The position numbers and the translations under genes were made by a program. Shown here piece by piece: positions 1 through 47,785 of a DNA stretch of 64,000 nt. The number at the start of each line of letters is the position of its first letter. The first letter of the stretch is position 1. The DNA comes from Eledone cirrhosa. Lineage: Eukaryota. The notes under the pieces were generated by a model. That model was not told where the DNA came from and made no database searches. It worked only from the letters and a program-made list of their open reading frames with translations. Location of the stretch: NCBI GenBank assembly GCA_964016885.1, contig OZ024757.1, positions 36,952,001 through 37,016,000 on the forward strand, given 5' to 3'.

Positions 1-270
1 TAAATAGCTCTGTACAATACATAGAACACTCCATCCTTCCTTCACCTTTTCTATAGAAATACTTAACACACACACACATATATATATGTATGTATACATG
101 TCCTATTGTGAGATAAGTCAAATCAAGTGACTGTGTTTTGCTTATACAGAACTGTTCCTGGCTTGGTGTCTATGGCTGGATGCCCTTCCACATACTCCAA
201 CCACATTTACAGAGTGGACTGGGTGCTCTTTATCATTGCACCAAAATGTCAATCTGACATGTTGGACTTT

Positions 271-307
<37 letters not shown>

Positions 308-887
308 TATTGGTGTTGGTATCCACCTGTAATTAATTGCAATTAGATTAAGAATGTCTTGTCTATGTGTCCTCACTCTAGGGAGGATGTGGTTTTCTCA
401 AGTAACTAGAGATGGACTGACCCTCTGAAGTTACTAAACAAACAGTATAAGTATTTACGTCACAGCTTTATCTCACCCGAAAAATCCTTATTCCTGTGTC
501 TCACCTGACTATTTGATACCACCAGTAAATGAGTCTCTGCGTAGTTGTTTGACATGGATAGTTATTGTGGTGGTGGTGGTGGTGATTGTAACTGTAGATA
601 AGCTATTGATGAATTCATTACAATATGACATTCACAATAACTCGTAACATCCTGTATCAGATGGAACTACATGAGCAAGATGTTCATGAAAAAGTCCAAA
701 ACACATTAACTCTTAAAGATTTTACTCAAATACAGCAAATTTTCACAATGATCTCTCCACTAATAAAGAAACTGTAAAGATTTGAATAAAGAAACCTGTT
801 TTTTTTAAATATATTTTCTGATAAATCATTACATGATGTTAAGAATTAAAAAATAAAATTTTTACTCAAATACTGTAAATTTTCACA

Positions 888-1723
888 ATAATAATAATAA
901 TAATGAAATTATTGTGTAAAGTGCTCAGGTGCACTACAACTCGTCAATATAGTACATAGAATAATACACAAATGTCAGGGAAGTACATGTGTGTATGTGT
1001 TAGCTGTAGTGTTGGCGGATCTCGGGAAGCATGGAGGCCTTAAAGGATGCAGTGTCTCGACAGCTAACAACTGATGCAGGTAGTTTGTTCCATGCTTCAG
1101 CAACCCTGAGCGTGAAAAAATGTTTCCGAAAGTCATGGGAACTGTGCTGTTTTCTTACTTTGTGGGCATGTCCACGTGTGTTAGACACATGGAAATGGAA
1201 AAGGCACTCAGGGTTGTTGTTGGCAACATGGTTAACAATTTTGTGGGTGTTTACCAAATCAGTTGCCAGGTGTCGGAGCTTCAATGAATCCATGCCCAGG
1301 GAAGCAAGGCGCTCAGAGTATAGTAGATGCCTGATGGAGGGTATTCGCTTGGTTGCACGTCTCTGAACAGTTTCCAGGCGGTCAATGTCCTGAGCAAGAT
1401 AGGGGTTCCAGACTGGTGATGCAAATTCTAAGTGTGGTCGCACCATAGCTGTATACAGCCTTAAATAGATATCTGGAGAGCGGCTGACAACGGTCTTGCT
1501 GAGTGATGCTAAGACACTCTCGGCCCTCTTGACAATTTTAGAGACGTGCCTCGTCCAACGCAAATCGCTGCTGACCGTAATGCCCAGGTCACGTTCACAA
1601 GAAGACTTCTTGATATTAGTGCTGTGGAGGGAGTATGTGGACGCTGGGTTTTTACTCCCAAAATGCATGGTGGTGCACTTGTCCACAGCTAGCTTGAGTT
1701 GCCAGTCTGAGATCCACTGTTGC
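888..1723 (-). mobile_element. CR1-clade LINE 3' fragment (RT C-terminus, 3' UTR, (TTA)n tail)
   Basis: ORF 1000-1686 contains ERDLGI...LYTAMVRPHLEFASPVWNP...RKHFFTLRV. Tail pieces recur at ~13810-13900, 38890-38965 and 51680-51890. Confidence 0.85.
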
Positions 1724-2486
1724 TAGGTCCACTTCTTGTCGTGTCCACAAGAGTGTCAGCTACAAAGCTTGGCTAGATGTGGTTCCGTCACAGCTGAACA
1801 CATTGTTGTCCTTTCTCATTAAACTCTGCCAAGTCCAACACTGTGCAAGGGGCATATCAGAAGGTGCTGTGTAATCTGTGGTTCGATATGCCGCAGTCAC
1901 ACACAACGTCGCCATCATTAAACCCATTAGCATTTAAACTGACCATAAACGGCCAGAACTCTCTCACCTCTTTCTGTTCAAACTGGCTGTAACTGGCCAC
2001 TCATACTGATGTTAAGGTATTGTTCTCAAAATAAATCATATTAAAATCTCATAGATTCAATATTATGTGAAATATTATGCAAGGTAAAGTGTTTACCGTG
2101 AAAATTCAATAATAAATATAGTCATATAAATGGTAAAGGGTTAAATATCAAATGATACATAGTATATATTTTTTATTTTATGATATTTATATATAATATT
2201 TATTTATACATAGTATATCTTATATTATTTATTACATATTATTTATAATTTGCATGTAGGCAAGATTTTGCAAGATTGACTTTTGTACATCCAACACCAG
2301 ATCTTGGTCTGTTTAGGCATTTCCACACTGCATAGTTTTTATCTGCTCCAGGGAGCAGTACCTCTAGGTCCACTAATAAAGATGCTATAAACATTTGAAT
2401 TAACAAACCTGTTTTAGATATTTTCTGCTGAATCACTTATTACAGAGTGTTAAGAATTGACATTTCTAAACTTTTTCTATTTCCAG

Positions 2487-39619
<37,133 letters not shown>

Positions 39620-41249
39620 AATAATAAATAAATGAATAAGTAAATAAATAAAATAAAATAAATAAATAAAAGCCAAAAAAAGAGAAGAAAGAAACAACAA
39701 AAATTTCATAATGAAAAGTAACAACAAAAAACCATAATGAAAAATAATAATAAAAACCATAATATATGAAATGCTTAAAAAAACAGAAGAAAAAAATTAC
39801 TAAAAAAAAAAATACCAACCAACGTGGAAATGAATTTATCAAACTTAAAGTACAAAAAAATATTCGAAAAAATTTAAACCTAAACGAGAGAAAAAACACA
39901 AAATATTATTTTTCCCCCTTAAATTCCATAATTTCAACTCAGTGAAATTACTGTTTGTTAATTTTTCAATAACTAAAAAAAAAAAATGTATTTTATTCAA
40001 ATTTTGTTTCTTTTTTTCAATTTAATTAAAAAAAAAAACTGGGTTATACTTTATATAAAATATAAAGTATTCTCTTGTTTTTTTTTTTGTAATATCTTCA
40101 CACTTGTTCCAGGTGAGAGATATATTCAGAGAATTGGTTTTCTTTCTTTTGTTTTGTTTTTTTCAGTGTTCCTCTCTCTCAAGAAAAATAAAAATTTAAA
40201 TAAAAATGTTTAAAAAAAAAATGAAAGTTGCTATTTTAGTTAAATTATTTATTATTATTTAAGTATCTTAACGATATACATCATTATCATCATCATCATT
40301 TCATTTTACATCCGCTTTTTCCCTGCTTGCAAGGGTGGGACGGGAACTGATTCTGGCTTGATTTCTACAGCTGGATGCCCTTCCTAACACCAACCTCATT
40401 TACAGTGAGTGCTGGGTGCTTTTTTTGCCGTGGCACCTCCACGACCACTTTGCAGTGGAATGATAGGGACCCCAGTCCCTAACATCTCATTTCTACAGCT
40501 GAGTAAACTGGAGCAATGTGAAATAAAGTGCCTTGCTCAAGGAAACAACACATCACCTGGTCTGAGAATTGAACTCACAATCTTTTGATTGCAAGGCCAA
40601 TGCTCTAACCACGAAGCCATATGCCTCCATATGTATGTAATATATGTATATATATATGTATGTAATATATATGTATATATATACATACATATATGTATGT
40701 AATATCATCATCGATTAACGTCCATCTTCCACGCTAGCATGGGTTAGACGCGTTGTCCTATTGTGGGCAATGCTAGATCAGGTGACCACGTCTTGCACAT
40801 ATAGAACTAATTTTGGCTTGGTTTCTACAGTTGGATGCCCTTCCTAACACCAACCTCATTTACAGTGAGTGCTGGGTGTTTTAGATTATGGACTGGGTGC
40901 TTTTTATTGTGACACACAACTACTTTACAGTGTAGGCTGGGTGCTTTTTATCATGAAACCTACACAACCACTTTACAGTGTGGGCTGGGTACTTTTTGCC
41001 ATGTCACCATCACGACCACTTTACAGTGTGGGCTGGGACGTATTCCCAGCCCACACTGGATACCCTGGAGGTATACTTTGTACTGCTCTTGCAGTTAGCC
41101 AACTACATATATACTTTGTAGCCAAGGTTTTACTCTTGCAGTTAGCCAACACCACCTTGATAGCAGTGAATAAGGTGATTTGGGAGCCCCTCCCACCCCA
41201 ATGCCAGAAGTCTCCACATCTCAAGCTATATATATATATATATAAACTT

Positions 41250-41474
41250 CAATGGTGCAAGAGTACACTGCAGAAGGCATATGACACTATTTCCGAAGAA
41301 GAACTTGATAAATTGATAGCTGAACTAGAATCTGCAGATGTTAAATCGAAGTATGGAGAAAGCTGGAAGCTAATAAATGAGATCACTGGGATGAAATCTG
41401 TCAAACAAACCATAATAAAAGCAAACTCTAAGGAAGATTGTATCAAAAAGTGGTACTCACACTTCAAGGAATGA
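41250..41474 (+). mobile_element. LINE ORF2 linker fragment (between endonuclease and RT)
   Basis: SWKLINEITG...KKWYSHFK resembles LINE ORF2 linkers; it starts just after a TA tract. Confidence 0.5.
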
Positions 41475-41876
41475 AAATATAAACACAAATAATATATATA
41501 TTTCCTATCAAATCTGCGACTAAAACTAGTTTCATTGCTTTATTCTGACAACACTGAAGAAGCTAAAGAAATATTAATTTTGTAGAAGAAAGTTAAGAAA
41601 ATATTTGAGAAATTTCTTAATTAAACGAGATCACTTCTTTCGTAAATACTAGAAAGGTAAGGAATTTTATTATCATATAACCAATATGTAAGATTAAATA
41701 GAAGTACATACATAAAAGCTATTAATTATTGTTAGTTAATAGAAGTATATACATATAATTAATTATTGTTAGTAAATAGTACATACATAAAATTAATTAG
41801 TTAATTGTAATTATTGCTAGGTACCTGATAGAGAGTGAAAATATCAGCATAAATAATATATACAATACTTAATGAA

Positions 41877-42100
41877 TATTGTTGTGAAATATGTGGGAAG
41901 TTTTTTGTTGTTAATTATAGACTTGTAGTTCACGAAAGAACACACACTGGAGAAAAACCTACCATTGTGAAATATGTGGGAAGTTGTTTACCAGTAATGG
42001 CGTCTTAAAAGCACACAAAAAAAACTATAGATGCAGGGAAAAACTTTTAAATGTGAACCTTGAGAAATCTTTCCCTCGCAACTCTAAAACTTATCCACAA
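41877..42100 (+). pseudogene. C2H2 zinc-finger gene remnant
   Basis: YCCEICGKFFVVNYRLVVHERTHTGEKP, then a frameshift, then HCEICGKLFTSNGVLKAHKK; the third finger is decayed. Confidence 0.75.
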
Positions 42101-43623
42101 ACTTTTCTTTCTTTTTACACAATGGAGAATATTTATCAGGAGAAAAATATATAAATATATCAAATGGGTTAACCCTTTAGCATTTACATTACTCTATATT
42201 TACTATCACATTTTAACGGTAAAGATGTAGCAAACAATGACACTATAAGCGATACATCTTGCTAATATGCATTGACCAGGAACGCGATATGTGAGGTCTT
42301 GTGTTCACGAAATGAAAGCCGCAATGTTGGGTAGAAGTGAAAAAAGGCGCGAAGCAACTGCTGGGCAGAAGTCATCCTTTGTATCCATATGCTGCCAACC
42401 CTAAGGACTGGCGAATGACAAAGCTCGACCAAATCATTCTGCAGCTATGAAATAGTGCCATAATAGGCCTCATAATATCGAATCTATGAGATTTTGATAT
42501 TATATATTTTGAGAACAATACCTTAACGTCAGAAAGAGGTGAGCGAATTCACATTACTCTTTACATACTATTGTATTTTGGTAGTAAACACTTTATCTTA
42601 CATAATATCAAATCTATGAAATTTTGATGTTATTTATCTTGACAACAATATCTTAACATCAGTATGAGTGGCCAGTTACAGCCGATTTGAACAGAAAGAG
42701 GTGATACAGCCCGTTTGAACGCTAAAGGGCTAAGAGCCATCTTTCTTGATAAAACAGTGGTTAGCCTTGTGAGCTCCATGACAACTTTCTCCATCCCAAA
42801 CTCACCCCCATCATCTGCATCCTCCTTCACTAGCCCCCAGGCAGGACACATATACAAAAAGAAAAAAGAGAAAACAAGACAGTTTAGAAAGCTACAGTTG
42901 TAAATAAAATATTAAATATCAAAAATAAAAATAAGAATAACAAAGGTGTTGAAATGAAATGTTACTTTGGAAATATTTTATTGGTCCTTGATATGAGATG
43001 TGCTATGCTATGATAGTCCTGTAAACCCTGTTGGAGTTGTAGGGGCACCGTATTTGGGATTTCTCGGGCATTTTAATCCTGGTGAAACCCATTCCTCTCC
43101 AGCTCTGATCTGAAAACTGCAGAGTTTTTTTCTAGAGATGGATAGAGAGTGAGAGAGAAAAGGTGAGAAAGAGATAAAGAAGAAGAATCAACCTCAGTAC
43201 TGCACTGGTACTTTTTTTTTTATCAATCTCGAAAGGATAAAAGGGGAAAGTTGACCTCAACAGTATTTAAGCTGAGAAAGAAGAGAGCTGGAACAAATTA
43301 TAACAAAACATTCTATCTGATGTTTTAGCTCTGCCAGTTTGTTGCCCTGGTCCTTGATATATTTCAGGAAAAATGCCTGTTTCAAAATTGATTGGGCCAT
43401 ATGAATGACCCAGTCCTCTGCCTTGCTGCATTTGTGTTCAACACCCATGAGTTTAAAGTATTGTTGAAATGTAAAGTTGATGGGTGAGTGAGTTGTTGGC
43501 AAGTGAGTAAAGCGAGTTGAGAGAACTCCAAATCTTAAAGCGTGTTGTTGACGAAATAATATCATTGTGTTTATATTAGGATATAGATTTTTAATTAAAT
43601 AGATGTTAATAATTGTTTCTAGT

Positions 43624-43672
43624 TGCGCATGCGCGAAGTCTGGACAGAAGTGCGCGTGCGCGAAAGCCGGAC
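43624..43672. promoter_or_regulatory. Two NRF1-like motifs in a small CpG-rich patch
   Basis: TGCGCATGCGCG and TGCGCGTGCGCG about 27 bp apart in otherwise AT-rich DNA. Confidence 0.35.
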
Positions 43673-43728
43673 CGAAGTGCATATACATATATATGTATAT
43701 AGATAAACATATATTTATACGGATATAT

Positions 43729-43962
43729 ATAGGAAAAGGTATGACCCCGACGGCAGAGCTCAAGCCGTTTCGACGGCTATTTCTGGAAATAGCCGTCGAA
43801 ACGGCTTGAGCTCTGCCGTCGGTGTCATACCTTTTCCTATTTCCCACTCTATTACCCTAAGTATTGAGTACTCTGGTGCGTTATGGTCCATCTGGTTCCT
43901 TACCACAACTCGTTATATATATATATATATATAACGAAGGAGTTGTGGTAAGGAACCAGATA
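43729..43962. mobile_element. Fold-back element (112-bp palindrome) plus a second TA-centred palindrome
   Basis: Near-perfect palindrome at 43729-43840; 43891-43962 is inverted around (TA)n. Confidence 0.65.
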
Positions 43963-44450
43963 TATATATATATATATATATCAAAAGTATATATTGAGTT
44001 AAAAGCTCACAATAGTCCCTTATAATTAAAATAAGTCAAAGAAAACATTTTCCGAGCCCTATGATACAATAAAAAGAGAAACACAGATTTGTGTTCAAAT
44101 CACAAGGGACGTAAACCACCATTGTGTAGACAATACTGACTAAATATTTACATCCCTTGTGATTTGAACGTATATATGTGTTTGTATCTCTTTGTAGTGT
44201 ATATATGTGTTATATCTATATCTATATATATAGAGATATATATATAACGAAAGATTAATATGGTTCATTGATTACTCAATCAATATAGTTTAACAATAGA
44301 TTAAAAGCACTCTACTGTGGAAGTTTTCTGGAGTTATTAATATTATTCAAAATATTAATAAATGAAGACATTCACATAATCAAAATATATATATACTGCC
44401 AATACTGGAATTGAACCATCAAGACAGTTGAGGTATTCATACATCAATTC

Positions 44451-44520
44451 ATGTATTTTATCTGACGAGGACGTACTGAAAAAACAGCACAGTACCTCCG
44501 AAATATATATAATAAAACAT
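44451..44520 (+). ncRNA. Type I hammerhead ribozyme, minimal palindromic stem III
   Basis: Stem I TTTTAT/ATAAAA; CTGACGA; stem II GGAcGTACTG/CAGTACcTCC; GAA; ATATATAT; A at 44511. Confidence 0.75.
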
Positions 44521-45155
44521 ATATTTTGATTATGTGAACGTCTTCATTTATTAATATTCTGAATAATATATATATATATATATACACACTATATATATAA
44601 TACATACTAGCTGAGCTACCGGGTATATACACACACACACACATATATATATATAGTGATAATAATAAATTTGAAGATCCCGTTAAGGGTGAAAGCAGCG
44701 ATTCTTTGCTTAAACTTTAATCTGTTATTTTAATTAATATATATATAACGGACACACACACAAATATATGTGTGTGTGTATTTAGTGAGAGAGAGGCAGA
44801 CAGGTGGGTAGGTAGAGAGAGATATTGTTTCTACTTTTGGCACAAGGCCTGCAATTACCCAGTGCATTACTGGTACTTTATTTTATCGACAACGTAAGGA
44901 TGGAAGGTAAAGTTAACCTCGGCGGGATTTAAACTTAGAATGGCAGATAGATAAATAAATAGAGGGAGAGGTATGTAGAGAGATAGAGGGAGAGGTAGAG
45001 GTATGTAGAGAGATAGATAGATAGAGGGAGAGGTAGGTCGAGGTATGTAGAGAGATAGATAGAAAGGTAGGTAGAGAGATAGAGGGAGGGAGAGGTAGGT
45101 AGTTCTCATGGAATGAAGTAAAGGTGACTTGATAATGTTTTAAATATTTTCATAC

Positions 45156-45265
45156 CTGAATTGGTTGCATTTGAAATGTTGACCGGAAGTGATATGACAT
45201 GAGGTCCAGTGAGGCATTTCCGGCCAGGCGATATATTTCCGGTGTAGTTAAATATCCGGTCAGGT
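45156..45265 (-). promoter_or_regulatory. ETS-motif cluster with a minus-strand splice donor (possible promoter/first exon)
   Basis: ACCGGAAGTG plus two TTTCCGG; CAG|GTATG on the minus strand at 45155. Confidence 0.35.
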
Positions 45266-45473
45266 GACATTCGTAATGAAGGTGACGAGAGAGAAAAATA
45301 AAGGGAGAAAAAAAAAAACGAAATATGAACAAAAAAAAAAGGGCGTATGTATGTACATATATGTGTGTGTATACGTTATATATATGTGCAAATATATATA
45401 TATATATACTTATATACACACATGCGTATGTTTATGTGTATGTATATACATATATATGCCTATAGATATATAA

Positions 45474-45518
<45 letters not shown>

Positions 45519-45730
45519 CGTATGTTTATGTGTATATACATACATATATATACCTATATATATATATATACATATATATATGTGTGTGCGTATGTATATA
45601 CATATATATGTATATATGTAATGATGCGTGTGTGAATATATATATTTACATGAGTCTATGTGTATGTATATATATATATAAGTTTATCCCAGGTTCAATC
45701 GGGTAACCACAGTAAGTAAGGTACTCCGGG

Positions 45731-45779
45731 GCTTCCTAATGATTTCTCCTGAATGAAACAGTTCTAGTCCTGTAGAAGC
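45731..45779 (+). ncRNA. Degenerate hammerhead (core CTAATGA)
   Basis: Stem I GCTTC/GAAGC; short stem II; GAA; stem III ACAG/CTGT; GUA site; lies between TA tracts. Confidence 0.55.
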
Positions 45780-46259
45780 GATTTATATATATATATATAC
45801 ATATATATTGTTGTTCCTATATACTTGTTGCAGTGCTTATAATCGTTTTGGCATTGATACACTGGTTGGATGCCCTTCCTAACACCAGCGCCACTTTACA
45901 GCATGGACGGGAGCTTTTATTTGTGCCACCAGCACTAGAGAGGGTGTCTTACTGGACTCATGGGCCCTCTATACCCCTCCATTTTACAGCATGGTCATAA
46001 AAAAAACGGAGAGGAGACAGGTGGTATGCGCATGGAGGATGACCGATGGGTGAAGAAGTACCAGGAAATGCCAGTTGAAGGAAGATGTGGTAGAGGTAGA
46101 CCACGAAAAACATGGGCGGAGGTGGTGAGAACAGATCGCTGAAGCTCACGGTGGAGATGACGAAGGACCGTGACAAGTGGAGAGATGCTGTGCTGAATAA
46201 GACCCGTCCCACCCTTGCAAGCAGGGAAAAGCGGACGTAAAATGATGATGATGATGATG

Positions 46260-47541
46260 ATGATCATCATCATCATCATCAGGTTTAGCGTCCGTGTTCC
46301 ACGCTTGCATGGGTTTGGACGGGGGTTTTCCCACTTGAGGCAAGAGTGGTTGTCTTGCTCGCATAGGACTGTCTGGCGGGTTTTCTATAGTTGGATGCCC
46401 TTCCTAACACCAACCACATTTACAGTGTGGGGCTGGGAGGTTTTTACCGTGTTGCCTACACGGCCACATTACAGCGTGGACTGTCTGGCGGGTTTTCTAC
46501 AGCTGGATGCCCTTCCTAACACCAACCACATTTACAGTGTGGGGCTGGGAGGTTTTTACCGTGTTACCTACACGGCCACATTTACAGCGTGGACTGTGTG
46601 TTTTTTTGTCGTGACACCTACACGATCTCATTTGTTTCGGCCTGGATGTTGTGGGACCAACATAACTTTACATTGAAAGGGGCGGTGTGGATGGGGTGGA
46701 GGTGGTGGGACGGGGGGGTGTTTTGATAGAGATGCCTACTGACTGTAGTAGGTTTTTACTTTGTATTTAGGTAAGGCGGGTCTTCTCTATTACTGAGTAC
46801 CGCCAAAGGTCACGGTCCAGTGACATTGTCTTGGAGAGGTGTAAGCGTGTGAGGTCGGAATTTATCAGCTCGTCCCATGTTTTTCTGGGTCTGCCTACTC
46901 CGTGGCTACCGTCTATCTTTATTGCCCTGCACTTTGTTATACAGCTGTCGTCTTTCATGCGCATCACGTGACCGTACCAACGTAGCCTTCTCTCGAGTAA
47001 ACAACATCTGATCCCTCTTATTTCTAATTTTTTCTTTAGTTCGTTTATGCTTTGCCGTTCACGTATATTACTATTGCACATCCAGCGGAGCATGCAAGCT
47101 TCGTTCCTCTCTAGTCTGCGTATATCCTCTGCACACAATGCCCAGGTCTCACTGCCATGCAGCATTGCTGTTCGTATGCAGGCATCGTATAACCTGTCTT
47201 TCATTTTTAGGGAGAACCCTCTAGCGGCTAATAGTGGTATAAGCTCTCTGAACTTTTTCCATCCAGTTCTGACTCTAGCTACTGTACTTTCAGAGCACCC
47301 TCCCCCACTGCTGATTTTGTCACCCAGGTAACGGAAGCTGTCCACTATTTCTATAGAACCCTCTGCGCAGTTGAAGGAGCTAGTATTTTGTGGGCGCTTG
47401 CTGCTACTTATTGCACCAGAGCACCGGCCACATGTAAAATCTATGTTCTTAGTTAGCTTACCTGTGATCCCACTACATCTTTTATGCACCCATACTTTGC
47501 ATTTGGGACATAAAATGGAGTTTCTACCTACGCCTTTCCGA
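46260..47541 (-). mobile_element. RTE-clade LINE 3' portion with PHD-like Cys/His finger, 3' UTR and (ATG)n tail
   Basis: ORF 46767-47489 (FRYLG, LHGSETW, RLRWYGHVMRM, GRPRKTW). The upstream frame reads CPKCKVWVHKRC...CGRC. Confidence 0.85.
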
Positions 47542-47606
47542 TGATATATATATATATTTACATGAGTGTATGTGTGTGTATATATATATATATTTACATG
47601 AGTGTA

Positions 47607-47639
<33 letters not shown>

Positions 47640-47712
47640 TTACATCAGTGTGTACATGTTTGAACATGTATGTGTTGCTTTGGTTGTCGTTGAAATTCTT
47701 CATCCACTCGTC

Positions 47713-47785
47713 TCAGAGAAAAAAATCCGGAATATGAATATTTTTCCGAGGTTCTTTAGTTCTAGGAGCAGGATCAAATTGTAAG
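47713..47785 (-). CDS. PPP2C: PP2Ac-like exon 7 (terminal)
   Basis: ttcag|[23 protein letters not shown]. Confidence 0.92.

Noticed and set aside
40869-41474. 201-aa ORF as a gene
   Set aside because: Chimeric read-through of a SINE/LINE tail, a TA tract and a LINE fragment.
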